This document shows, in pieces, positions 27,275-36,402 of a stretch of 64,000 bases of DNA (its first letter is position 1; each line of letters opens with the position of its first letter). The DNA is taken from the NCBI GenBank assembly GCA_020851565.1, contig JADZCN010000114.1:30361-94360 (forward strand), read 5' to 3'. The notes beneath the pieces were generated by a model. The model was not told the origin of the DNA. It worked only from the letters and a program-made list of their open reading frames with translations, and searched no databases. The position numbers and the translations under genes were made by a program. The stretch is from Acidobacteriota bacterium. GTDB lineage: Bacteria; Acidobacteriota; Vicinamibacteria; Vicinamibacterales; UBA2999.

Positions 27275-27853
27275 ATGCTTCCCGCTGAACTGCAGGACTT
27301 GATCGACCAGGTCGACGCCGCCGAGGCCGACGCGCGGACGTTGGTCCGCGGGCTCGACGACCGCCAGGCGAACTGGCAGCCGGATGGTGGTCAAGCGTGG
27401 AGCATCGCGCAGTGCCTGGACCACCTCGCGCGCATGAACAGCTTCTACGTCGAGGCCGTCCTGCCGCGCGTGCGGCGGGCGGCCGAGGGCTCGGTGGCGC
27501 CCTTCGAGTCGCTGGCGCCGACGTGGCTCGGGCGCAAGTTCGTCGAGTCGATGGAGCCGCCCGTGACGCGCCGCTTCAAGGTCCCTGCCGCGCGCGTGGC
27601 GCCTGCCTCCGACATGCCGGTCGCCGACGCCCTGGCCGCCTTCGGCAACAGCCACACCCGCTACCGCGAGCTGGTGCGGCTGTGCGCGGGCCTCGATCCG
27701 AACCGCGTCCGCGTGCCCAACCCGTTCTTCAAATGGGTGTGGATGAGGGCCTCCACGGTGCTCCTCGTCATTCCCGCGCACGACCGTCGCCACCTCTGGC
27801 AGGCTCGCCGGGTTCTCGCGCGGCCCGACTTCCCGAGCACCGCTGTCCATTGA
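27275..27853 (+). CDS. DinB family protein
   Basis: 192 aa. WSIAQCLDHLARMNSFY and IPAHDRRHLWQARRVL His-containing helices are typical of the DinB/DinB_2 four-helix bundle. The stop TGA (27851-53) lies inside the CCATTGAGCG terminus of the repeat element. Confidence 0.75.
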   Translation: MLPAELQDLIDQVDAAEADARTLVRGLDDRQANWQPDGGQAWSIAQCLDHLARMNSFYVEAVLPRVRRAAEGSVAPFESLAPTWLGRKFVESMEPPVTRRFKVPAARVAPASDMPVADALAAFGNSHTRYRELVRLCAGLDPNRVRVPNPFFKWVWMRASTVLLVIPAHDRRHLWQARRVLARPDFPSTAVH

Positions 27854-28129
27854 GCGATTGCAGATTGGTGATTGAGTGATTCATTGGGTGATTGGCGATT
27901 GACGCATCGGGCATTCGGATTGAGTGATTCAGGGATTGAGCGATTGCCTCATTGGGGGCTGAGAGCCGACGGCCAGTGACAGCGTGGTCGCCGGGCGGCG
28001 ACGAATCGCCGGATGCCCCAATCACCCAGTCGCCCAATCCAATGCCCAATGCCCAATCGTCAATCACCCAAGGAATCGCTCAATCAGCAATCGGCAATCG
28101 CCAATGGACGCGCGACGGCTCACAGCACC
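27847..28129. repeat. GATTG/CAATC palindromic element, full copy (E2)
   Basis: Left arm CCATTGAGCGATTGCAGATTGGTGATTGAGTGATTCATTGGGTGATTGGCGATTG. Right arm CAATCGTCAATCACCCAAGGAATCGCTCAATCAGCAATCGGCAATCGCCAATGG (ends 28107). A conserved flank ACGCGCGACGGCTCACAGCACC follows. Confidence 0.9.
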
Positions 28130-28337
28130 GTCGATGTCCCAGCCCTCGCGCAGCCTCCTGCGCCCGATATTCGGCGGTCCCGGCCCGGCGCGGCCCCGAA
28201 GTGCCGAACCTCCGGCGGCCAGGCGGCGCGCCCCCCTGGGACATGCGCCAGCGAGCATGACCGCCGTGGCACGATCATTGATTTGACGACGGCGGAGCCG
28301 CGCGCTCGGTCCCTGGTGCTCGACCAGGAGGAATGTC

Positions 28338-31028
28338 ATGCGCGCCCCCTCGTTGTCATTCGTTCGTGCCGTCGTGGCTGTGTCTATCGCCGCGTTTGGA
28401 ATCGCCACGCCTGCACATGGCCAGCAGGGGTGGTCGAGCAGCGTGGTGACGCTGTCGGTGCCGCAGGTGGACCACGACGGGTTGCAGGTCTGGCTTCGAA
28501 AGCGGCCGGCGCTGGCGGCCGATCCGGCCGGCAATGTCGTCGCCGTCTGGGTCCAGCCGGTCTCCGCGTTCGCCGCCGTCGTCCAGGCCGCGCGGTATTC
28601 GGCGGCAGCCCGCGCATGGGGAGCGCCGGTCACGCTTTCGGGGGCAGGTATCCCCACCGAACCGCGGGTCGTGGTCGACAGCGGAGGAAACGCGCTCGCC
28701 GTGTGGGGGAGGTTCAATGGTCCGGTGCAGTCCGCGCGCTACCTGCGGGACTCCAATGCATGGACCGGCCCGATCGAGGTCGATTCAGGCATCTTGTTTG
28801 CGGACGAGCTGGATCTGGTCGCCGACGCCGCGGGCAATGCGTTCGCCGTCTGGGTGCAAAGAAACGCGTCGGCAGACGTCGTCCCAGGGGTCTATGCGGC
28901 ACGTTTCAGCGCCGGCAGCAACGCGTGGGCGACTGTCGTCCCGATGTCGGCCACGGACGCGTGGCAGCCACGGATTGCCGTGGATGCCTCCGGCAATGCC
29001 ACAGTGCTCTGGGTTGCCCGGGTGGGCACCAGCCTGGACTGGGTGGTTCACGCGCGCCGCTATGTGGCCGGCGCCGGAGCCTGGACCGAGGCGGTCGAGC
29101 TCTCGTCCGGTGGCAGCGCCGCGCCGTTTGGTATCAACCTTCGCATCGTCTCCGATGCGACGGGGCAGATGACCGCAGCGTGGTCGCTGTCTCAGTTCGA
29201 TGAAATGGAGGACGTGACCTACACGACGGTTCAGGCGCGTCGCTACACTCCGGCGACTGGGTCGTGGGGGCCGGTGGTCGACCTGTCGGCTGCCGGGGGA
29301 GATGCGCGCTGGCCGACGCTGGCGGCCGACGGGACTGGCGGTGCCTTTGCCGCCTGGCTCCAGTACTCACCGGACGGCGACGTCGCGCGGGTCCAGGCGA
29401 CTCGCTTCTCGGCTGATGCCGGAGGCTGGAGCGCACCGGTCGATCTCGGTCCGCCTTGTACGTGGGGACGACCCGGTACTTTCCCCGAAGTCGTCGCCGA
29501 CCACGAGGGCAATGCGTTTGTGATCTGGGTCCAGACCTTCGAGGAGCCGGTGCCCGGCAGCGCGCTCCAGGCGGCCCGATACGTGGCAGCTACTGCATCC
29601 TGGGGCGCCGCCGTCATCCTCGAGGTGGGCGCCCCCGAGCATCAGACCGCGGTCGATTCGTTGGGCAACGTCGTCGTCGTCTGGTCCTACGGTGCGCGTG
29701 CGGCCAGGTTCGTGGTGACGGCGGGCGCGTGGACGCCATCCGTCACCGTCGGGCCGGGACCGTCGGTGTTGGCCATTGCCCCGGGGATGGCCGTCGATCC
29801 GCTGGGCAACGTGACGCTGGCCTGGAACCGGTTCGACAGGTTCACCGAGGTATCGGACATCGCGAGCAACCGTTGGGTGGCCGCGCCATTGGCCCCCACC
29901 ATCGGCGTCGTCAGCCCGGGGGCCGGCTCGCTGAGCGTGGCGTTCTCGCCGCCGCCCACTTCGGAACCGTTGTTCGCTCCGACCAACTACGCGTACTCGG
30001 TCGATGACGGCGCGACGTGGCACCTGCGAGATCCGGCGTCCGCGGCGTCGCCGGTGTTGATCGCCGGGCTCACGGACTTCGTTCCCTGCAGGGTGCGGCT
30101 GGTCGCGATCAATCGCGCCGGCCCTGGACTGGCATCTTCGTCCGTTCTGGCGGTGCCACATCCGGTTCCGTTGGCGCCACGAGAGCTGACGGCCACATCG
30201 ATTGTCGGCAACACCGTCACGTTGTCATGGATCGCTCCGCAAGGCGGCATCCCGCCGACGGGGTACGTCCTCGAAGGCGGCGTTCACCCCGGCGAGGTCC
30301 TGGCCAGCATTCCCACGGGGAGCATCGCACCGCAATTCACGTTCGAGGCGCCGGCAGGCGCGTTCTACGTACGCGTCCATGCGGTTGCCGGCACGCTGCG
30401 CAGCGCACCCTCCAACGAGATTCAAATCGTCGTCCGCGTAGCAGCGCCACCATCGGCGCCGGTCAACCTCCGCGGCCTCGTCAACGGCTCCGACGTCGCG
30501 CTGTCGTGGACGAACACGTTCGACGGCGGTGCGCCCACGAGCCTGTGGCTGAGCGTCACTGGCGCGATCGAGACGGCGTTGCCGCTACCGATGGCAGAGA
30601 CCTTCACGTACGCGAACGTGCCGCCGGGCACTTACACCCTCCGCGTCGTCGCGGCAAATGCGGTGGGGACCAGCCCGTTCTCGAACGCGGTGACATTGAC
30701 TTTCCCTGGACCGTGTACGGGCGTGCCGGGCGTGCCGGTCAATCTCCAGACGTGGAAGGTCGGCAGCACGATCTTCGCGAGCTGGGACGCCCCGGTGAGT
30801 GGGCCGGCGGCGACGGGGTACGGCGTGTTCGTCTCCGGCGCGTATGTCGGTGGCTTCACGACGACCGCGCGCACGCTCTCGGGTGTGGCGGGGCCCGGTG
30901 AGTACGTCATCAGCGTGGCCGCGACCAACGCGTGCGGGACGGGGCCGGCGACGGCGTCGCAAACGGTTGTCCTTCCGTGGCTCGCGCCGTCACGAACAGG
31001 CGTCATGCGCGCTCGCGGCGTCCATTGA
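28338..31028 (+). CDS. Secreted protein: nine ~45-aa repeats (probable beta-propeller) followed by 3-4 fibronectin type III-like domains
   Basis: 896 aa; AGGAGGA SD; signal peptide ending ATPAHGQQ. Repeats have the form D..GN(A/V)xxVW..(15-25 aa)..ARY/ARF....AW..PV.L, nine times. The C-terminal half has FN3-like modules (LSVAFSPP.., VTLSWIAP.., VALSWTNT.., IFASWDAP..). Confidence 0.75.
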   Translation: MRAPSLSFVRAVVAVSIAAFGIATPAHGQQGWSSSVVTLSVPQVDHDGLQVWLRKRPALAADPAGNVVAVWVQPVSAFAAVVQAARYSAAARAWGAPVTLSGAGIPTEPRVVVDSGGNALAVWGRFNGPVQSARYLRDSNAWTGPIEVDSGILFADELDLVADAAGNAFAVWVQRNASADVVPGVYAARFSAGSNAWATVVPMSATDAWQPRIAVDASGNATVLWVARVGTSLDWVVHARRYVAGAGAWTEAVELSSGGSAAPFGINLRIVSDATGQMTAAWSLSQFDEMEDVTYTTVQARRYTPATGSWGPVVDLSAAGGDARWPTLAADGTGGAFAAWLQYSPDGDVARVQATRFSADAGGWSAPVDLGPPCTWGRPGTFPEVVADHEGNAFVIWVQTFEEPVPGSALQAARYVAATASWGAAVILEVGAPEHQTAVDSLGNVVVVWSYGARAARFVVTAGAWTPSVTVGPGPSVLAIAPGMAVDPLGNVTLAWNRFDRFTEVSDIASNRWVAAPLAPTIGVVSPGAGSLSVAFSPPPTSEPLFAPTNYAYSVDDGATWHLRDPASAASPVLIAGLTDFVPCRVRLVAINRAGPGLASSSVLAVPHPVPLAPRELTATSIVGNTVTLSWIAPQGGIPPTGYVLEGGVHPGEVLASIPTGSIAPQFTFEAPAGAFYVRVHAVAGTLRSAPSNEIQIVVRVAAPPSAPVNLRGLVNGSDVALSWTNTFDGGAPTSLWLSVTGAIETALPLPMAETFTYANVPPGTYTLRVVAANAVGTSPFSNAVTLTFPGPCTGVPGVPVNLQTWKVGSTIFASWDAPVSGPAATGYGVFVSGAYVGGFTTTARTLSGVAGPGEYVISVAATNACGTGPATASQTVVLPWLAPSRTGVMRARGVH

Positions 31029-31297
31029 GCGATTGCCGATTGGTGATTGAGCGATTCATTGGGTGAGTGGTGATTGAAGCATCGACGCATTCGGATTGAA
31101 GATTGACCGATTCCGCGATTGCGGCATTCGCGGCCGGCGGCCACGGACAGCGCGGTCGCCTGGCAGCGACGAATCGCCCGATGCCCCAATCACCCGATCG
31201 CTCAATCCAATGCCCAATGCCCAATCGCCAATCACCCAATGAATCGCTCAATCCGCAATCGGCAATCGCCAATGGACGCGCGAGGGCTCACAGCACC
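31022..31297. repeat. GATTG/CAATC palindromic element, full copy (E3)
   Basis: Collinear with E2 over its whole length at roughly 85% identity by eye, including the centre ..GACAGCGCGGTCGCCTGGCAGCGACGAATCGCCCGATGCCCCAATCACCC and the flank ACGCGCGAGGGCTCACAGCACC. It contains the stop of 28338..31028 (TGA 31026-28) and the stop of 31288..32550 (TCA 31288-90). Confidence 0.9.
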
Positions 31298-32550
31298 CGC
31301 CCGAGCCTCTCCAACCCTTCTTCGATTCTGGCGAGGTCGTGCACCAACGGCCCGAAGGAGATACGCACGCCGTTGGTGAGTGACGGCCCGAAGCCGCGGC
31401 CCGGGACCACCAGGACACCCGTTGCCTTCAGCGCCTCGGGCACGAAAGCCTCGGCGTCGCGGCCGACGTCCACCACGGTGTAGAGGCCGCCGGCCGGCAC
31501 CAGGCGCGGGCGCCGCAGGTGCCGGTCCACCGCGTCGATGGTCACCTGCGCGGCCTTCTTGTAGAGGGCATTGGCGTGGTCCACGTAGCGCTGCAGCGAG
31601 CCGCTCGGGATGGCACGCTTCAGGTACCGCGCCATCGTCATCTGCTCCAGCGTGTCCGGGCAGAGGATGCTGCACTGCTGCACGCGCTCGATGGCGTCGA
31701 TCACGCCCGGCGCGGCTTCAATCCAGCCAAGCCGCCGGCCCAGCCCGCGCGCCCACTTCGAGTTGGAGTGGATGCCGATGAGGTTCGGGTGGTCCGCCGG
31801 CGACCACGCGTAGTACGAGGGATACGGCGCGAAGTACTGGCACTTGTAGGCGAAGTCGATGGCCAGCCACGCGCCCGCGTCGCGCGTCTGCTCGAGCATG
31901 GCTTCGGCCAGCGCCTGCGGGACGATCTGGCTCGTGGGGTTGTCGGGCGCGCCGAAGAGCACGAGCTTCGGCTTGTGCTGGTCGAAGAGGCGGCGGAACT
32001 CGCGCGCCGTTCCCTCGGCATCCGCCTCGGGCAGGTACGTCCACGTCGCCGGATCGACGACGCGCAGCCGGACGATATTCGCGCCGGGCGTGGCGAAGGC
32101 GAGCTGGCCTTCGTAGTTGGCGTAGGTCGGGTCCAGCAGCATCACCGTGTCGCCGGGATCCACGAGCGTCCGGAACAGGTCGTGCGTCAGCTGCGTGCTG
32201 CCGATGCCGAGGGCGACGTGCTCCGCGCCCAGGCGCGGGACCCCGAAGAGCGCCGCCTCGAACTGCGCGATCTGCTCGCGGCATTCCATGTCGCCGAGCG
32301 TGGCGGTGTAGCCGCCGCTCTTGTGGAAGAGCGCCGGGTCGCTGGCCACTTCGACATAGGCCTGACGGAACTCCTCCGGCGCCTCGTGGTTCACCCAGCC
32401 GCCGCCGAACGAAATCACGTCGTCCGGGTTCAGGCCCATCGCGACGATGTTCTGGCGCTCCGCCATCTTCATGATCTGGCGGATGGGCGAGGGCGAGGAC
32501 ATCTGGGCGCGGACGAGTGACGAGAGTGCGGGCGCGGTGACCGATGGCAT
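31288..32550 (-). CDS. Class I/II pyridoxal-phosphate-dependent aminotransferase
   Basis: ORF 31288..32601. PLP-lysine context HSNSKWARGLGRRLGW. The start is set to the ATG at 32550 because TATGAT lies 7 nt upstream and a 9-bp hairpin occupies 32564-32595. ATG 32562 and 32601 are alternatives. Confidence 0.8.
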   Translation of the reverse strand: MPSVTAPALSSLVRAQMSSPSPIRQIMKMAERQNIVAMGLNPDDVISFGGGWVNHEAPEEFRQAYVEVASDPALFHKSGGYTATLGDMECREQIAQFEAALFGVPRLGAEHVALGIGSTQLTHDLFRTLVDPGDTVMLLDPTYANYEGQLAFATPGANIVRLRVVDPATWTYLPEADAEGTAREFRRLFDQHKPKLVLFGAPDNPTSQIVPQALAEAMLEQTRDAGAWLAIDFAYKCQYFAPYPSYYAWSPADHPNLIGIHSNSKWARGLGRRLGWIEAAPGVIDAIERVQQCSILCPDTLEQMTMARYLKRAIPSGSLQRYVDHANALYKKAAQVTIDAVDRHLRRPRLVPAGGLYTVVDVGRDAEAFVPEALKATGVLVVPGRGFGPSLTNGVRISFGPLVHDLARIEEGLERLGRVL

Positions 32551-32563
32551 GCCCGTGATCATA

Positions 32564-32595
32564 AGTGAGAAGAGCCGGAGGCGGCCCTTCTCACT
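32564..32595. other. Perfect 9-bp stem-loop AGTGAGAAG-N14-CTTCTCACT
   Basis: Read directly. It lies just upstream (minus-strand sense) of the aminotransferase start. The motif is related to the 25052-25120 stem. Confidence 0.6.
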
Positions 32596-32610
32596 TCTCA
32601 CCGTACACGT

Positions 32611-32701
32611 CTGCCTCCTGCTCCCTGACCCCTGCTCCCTGCTCCCTGCTCCCTGATCCCTGCTCCCTTATGGCTGATCCCTGATCCCTGATCCCTGATC
32701 C
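32611..32701. repeat. 8-bp unit array CTGCTCCC / CTGATCCC (about 10 units)
   Basis: CTGCCTCCTGCTCCCTGACCCCTGCTCCCTGCTCCCTGCTCCCTGATCCCTGCTCCC..GATCCCTGATCCCTGATCCCTGATCC. It is the reverse complement of the GGGATCAG array at 62385-62420. Confidence 0.95.
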
Positions 32702-32702
32702 G

Positions 32703-33737
32703 CTACGGCACGATGGTCCAGCGCGTGGAGTTCCGGCGCCTGGTCTGGTCGCTGAGGTCAATCTCCACCTGCAGCGTGTGGTCGCCCGCAGCCAGCGCGC
32801 CGGCGGGCACCGGGCAGCTGAAGGTCTGGCCTTCGCTGCTCGATCCGCCCTGGAAGCACGCGAGCAGGAACGCGCTCACGTCGGCGCCGTCCAGCCACAC
32901 CCGCCCACCGGTGAGGTAGGTGCCGGCCGGCGGCTGGATGGCGAGGACCAGCTCGAAATCGGCACTGCGGAAGATGCGCCCCGATTCGGGCGTGATGGCC
33001 AGCCCCTCGGTCGCGACGGGCTCGCCGTAGATGAAGTCGTCCATCACGACGAGGTCCAGGCTGCCGGCTTCATCCGGGCCCGGGGCCGCGTTGCCGCTGA
33101 CGATGCGGACCTTCGCGACGAGCTCGCCCGCGTCGAACGACACGCCCAGGAACGAGAGGGTGTCGTCGCCGGCGACCCAGGGCACGAACTGCTCGTACAG
33201 CAGGGTGCCGTCAGGCGCGTAGAACTCCATCTTCGTGCTGAACTCCCCGTCGACGTCGGTGAACACGGCGCCGAAGCCGGTGACGGCCCCCGCGACGGCC
33301 GGATTGCCGGGCACGTGGAAGACGGTCTCCGACACGTTGCTGTTGAGCGCCGTGAAGATACGCGGGCTGCTGAAGGACGCAAACAGGTTCGGGTAGGTTG
33401 CGTTCAGCTCGGCGAACTCGGGCGTCGGCTGCCCGCTGATCGAGAAGCCGCTGCCGGGGGTGACGAACGTGGCGCCGCGGTTCTGGAAGGTCGTCATCGG
33501 CGTGGGGAAGAGGCCCACCGGCGCCGTCGCGCCTCCGCCGTCCCAGTTGATCTCCCGGCGCCCGCCGGGCTGCGATCCGGCGGTGTTGCCGTTGTTCGGG
33601 TTGCCGAGGTCCGCCCGGAACTGATCCACGGCCGCCTGGATGGCCGCGGCATTGGCACCTGCCGCCTCCCGCACCACCGGGCCCGCCAGGGCCGGGCTGG
33701 CACACAACAGTCCTGCAACGATCACGAAAGCCTTCAT
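32703..33737 (-). CDS. Secreted hypothetical protein
   Basis: In-frame part of ORF 32703..33812 from the ATG at 33737, with AAGGAGA SD. Signal peptide MKAFVIVAGLLCASPALAG. No family recognised. Confidence 0.6.
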   Translation of the reverse strand: MKAFVIVAGLLCASPALAGPVVREAAGANAAAIQAAVDQFRADLGNPNNGNTAGSQPGGRREINWDGGGATAPVGLFPTPMTTFQNRGATFVTPGSGFSISGQPTPEFAELNATYPNLFASFSSPRIFTALNSNVSETVFHVPGNPAVAGAVTGFGAVFTDVDGEFSTKMEFYAPDGTLLYEQFVPWVAGDDTLSFLGVSFDAGELVAKVRIVSGNAAPGPDEAGSLDLVVMDDFIYGEPVATEGLAITPESGRIFRSADFELVLAIQPPAGTYLTGGRVWLDGADVSAFLLACFQGGSSSEGQTFSCPVPAGALAAGDHTLQVEIDLSDQTRRRNSTRWTIVP

Positions 33738-33925
33738 CGAGTCTCCTTTGCCGGGAATCCGACGGACCTGCCCACAGCCTCGAGTGGCTGGTCCCGCAGT
33801 CGCTTCCCGCAACCCGTCGATACGGAGGCGGGCGGGCGCGAGTCGTCAGCAAGGCGTAAGTGATCCGTGAAGATTCGGTGAGAGGCGCGACAACATTCCG
33901 CCACGGGCACCCGTCTAAGCCGCGT

Positions 33926-36373
33926 ATGGACACCCTCCTGCAGGACCTCCGGACCGGGCTTCGAGGCCTGCGCCGCAGCCCGGGCTTTGCCGCCGCCGCG
34001 CTCGTCACGCTGGCCCTCGGCATCGGGGCCACCTCGGCCATCTTCAGCGTCGTGCGCGCCGTGCTGCTGGCGCCGCTCCCGTACGCGGAGCCCGATCGCC
34101 GCGTGCTCATCTGGAGCCGCTGGGTGGGTTTCGAGAAGACGTGGCTGTCGAACCAGGAGGCCATGGACTACCGCGCCCAGGCGCGGACGCTTGCGGCGGT
34201 TGCCGTCTGGGACACCGGCCAGGAGAACCTCACGGGAGACGGCGACCCCATCCGCGTCGGCATCGGCGAGATCACCGCGAACACGTTCGACGTCCTGGGC
34301 GCCAGGCCATTCCTCGGCCGGACGATTCGCCCCGAGGAGGACGTGCCCGGCGGGCCGCCGGTCGCCGTACTGGGCTACCGGCTCTGGCAGTCGCGCTACG
34401 GCGGTGATGCGGGCATCATCGGCCGCAAGGTGCTGCTGAACGACGTGCCGCACGAAGTGGTGGGCGTGATGCCGGAGGGTTTCCGGCTGCCGACCGACTT
34501 CACGGAGCACGCGGCCGAGCCGACGGAGCTGTGGAGGGCCATCCAGTTCGACATGGCGGATCTCGAGCGAGGCAGCCACGGCTACTACGGCGCCGCCGTG
34601 TTGGCCCATGGTCAATCGGCGGCGACGGCGACGGAGGAATTACGCGCGCTCACCCGCCGCTGGACCGAAGAGGGTCTCTATCCCGAGGCGATGGGCTTCA
34701 CCGCGTTCGCGGTGCCGCTGGACGAGGAGATCCGGGGAGGGGTGCGGCCGGCGTTGTGGATCCTGGTCGGCGCAGTGACCTTCCTGCTGCTCATCGCCTG
34801 CTCGAACGTCGCAAACCTGCTGCTGGTGCGCGGCGATGCGCGCGTGCGGGAACTGGCACTCCGTACGGCCGTTGGCGCAGCGCCGTCGCGCCTGGTCCGG
34901 CAGATGATCACCGAGAGCCTGCTCCTGGCCGTGTGCGGCGCGGTGCTCGGCGTGGCGGTGGCCGCCGCGGGGCTGCGGACGCTGATTGCGCTGGACCCCA
35001 CCAGCCTGCCTCCACTGGCGCCGGTCACCATCGACGCTGCGGTGATGGCCTTCACGCTGACCGTGGGGGTGCTCACGACGCTGGTGTTCGGGCTGCTGCC
35101 GGCGCTGAGGGCGCTTGGCATCAACCTCGTCGATGCCCTGCGCGAAGGCAGCCAGCAGGCGACGGTGGGCGGCGCACGCCAGCGGCTGCGCGGTGCGCTC
35201 GTCGTCGCCGAAGTCGCCCTGGCCGTGGTCCTCGTCGTCGGGGCGGGCCTGATGGTGCGCAGCCTCTCCGCGCTCGGACGCATCGATCTGGGGTTCAATC
35301 CGGACCAGGTTCTGACCATGCGCCTCTCCGTGCCGGCGGCGCGCTACGACACGCCGGAACGCGTGGTCGGGTTCTATCGCGATCTGATGGCGCGCGTGCG
35401 CGCACTCCCAGGCGTGGAGGCGGCCGGCGTGGTGCGCGTGCTGCCGCTGGCGACGACCATCGGCGATTACGGGCTGGACGTCGAAGGCTATGAAGAGCGC
35501 CCTGGCGCGAACGCCAAAGGCGACTGGCAGATCGTCTCCGACGGTGCGTTCGAGGCCATGGGCACGCGCCTGGTGCGCGGCCGGTGGTTTTCGCCCATCG
35601 ACACCAGCGAGTCGCAGCTGGTAGCGGTGGTCAACGAGACACTGGCGCGGCAGTACTTTCGCGACGGGAACGCCGTGGGCGGACGCATCCGCCTGGGCAG
35701 CATGCGCAACCCCTGGGTCGTCGTCGTCGGCGTCGTGGCCGACGAGCGGCACAACGGCGTCACGGGCCTGGTGAAGGAGAAGTTCTACATCCCGCACAGC
35801 CAGTGGCACCTCGTCACCGGCGGCAACCTCATTCGCAATGCGTTCGTGGTGATGCGCACCACGGCGGATCCCATGGCGCTGGCCGGCCCCGTGCGTGCCG
35901 AGGTGCGCGCGCTCGATCCCACGGTGCCCGTGGCGAACGTGAGGCCGATGCAGGAGGTGGTGGCGGCCGCGCTGGCCACGCCGCGGCTGACCGGCTTCCT
36001 GCTGGGGGCCTTTGCCTCGATCGCCCTGGTGCTGGCGGCGGTGGGCATCTACGGCGTGCTGGCGTATCTCGTCTCCCGGCGGACGCACGAGATCGGCATC
36101 CGTCTGGCGATCGGCGCCGACCGATCAGAGGTCGTCCGGATGGTGCTCGTGCAGGGCCTCACGCTCACGGCGCTGGGCCTGGCGGCGGGTCTGGCCGGTG
36201 CCGTGGCGCTGACGCGGCTGATGGCGTCGGTGCTGTACGAGGTCACGCCCACCGATCCATGGACCTATACTGCGGTGGTCGTCGGACTGATGGGGGTGGC
36301 CGCCGCTGCCAGTCTACTGCCCGCCCTGCGCGCGGCCCGCGTGAACCCACTCGTGGCGCTCCGATCGGAGTGA
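33926..36373 (+). CDS. MacB/FtsX-type duplicated orphan permease (ADOP-like)
   Basis: In-frame part of ORF 33860..36373 from the ATG at 33926. N-terminus [41 protein letters not shown]; C-terminus NPLVALRSE; two FtsX modules. Confidence 0.9.
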   Translation: MDTLLQDLRTGLRGLRRSPGFAAAALVTLALGIGATSAIFSVVRAVLLAPLPYAEPDRRVLIWSRWVGFEKTWLSNQEAMDYRAQARTLAAVAVWDTGQENLTGDGDPIRVGIGEITANTFDVLGARPFLGRTIRPEEDVPGGPPVAVLGYRLWQSRYGGDAGIIGRKVLLNDVPHEVVGVMPEGFRLPTDFTEHAAEPTELWRAIQFDMADLERGSHGYYGAAVLAHGQSAATATEELRALTRRWTEEGLYPEAMGFTAFAVPLDEEIRGGVRPALWILVGAVTFLLLIACSNVANLLLVRGDARVRELALRTAVGAAPSRLVRQMITESLLLAVCGAVLGVAVAAAGLRTLIALDPTSLPPLAPVTIDAAVMAFTLTVGVLTTLVFGLLPALRALGINLVDALREGSQQATVGGARQRLRGALVVAEVALAVVLVVGAGLMVRSLSALGRIDLGFNPDQVLTMRLSVPAARYDTPERVVGFYRDLMARVRALPGVEAAGVVRVLPLATTIGDYGLDVEGYEERPGANAKGDWQIVSDGAFEAMGTRLVRGRWFSPIDTSESQLVAVVNETLARQYFRDGNAVGGRIRLGSMRNPWVVVVGVVADERHNGVTGLVKEKFYIPHSQWHLVTGGNLIRNAFVVMRTTADPMALAGPVRAEVRALDPTVPVANVRPMQEVVAAALATPRLTGFLLGAFASIALVLAAVGIYGVLAYLVSRRTHEIGIRLAIGADRSEVVRMVLVQGLTLTALGLAAGLAGAVALTRLMASVLYEVTPTDPWTYTAVVVGLMGVAAAASLLPALRAARVNPLVALRSE

Positions 36374-36402
36374 CGGGCGGGATTGGGGCATTGGTCATTC
36401 AG

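Noticed and set aside
28064-28717. ORFs translating the GATTG/CAATC elements and adjacent DNA (for example 28013..29203, 27952..28260, 31103..31483, 62811..63224) as possible small proteins.
   Set aside because: Their peptides (PNAQSSITQGIAQSAIGNRQW and similar) are direct read-outs of the heptamer repeats in arbitrary frames. They differ between copies by frame and lack start signals.
27847-31297. Composite transposon or IS element defined by the two flanking palindromic elements.
   Set aside because: There is no transposase, integrase or recombinase ORF inside or nearby, and no clear target-site duplication was seen. The observation is kept only as a recombination-cassette hypothesis in the findings.
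35584-36402. N-terminal 273 aa of ORF 35584..38844, which would give a 1086-aa permease overlapping the preceding gene.
   Set aside because: This part is out of frame with, and completely overlaps, the well-supported permease 33926..36373, and it is low-complexity. The canonical ADOP N-terminus ([17 protein letters not shown]..) begins at the ATG at 36403.
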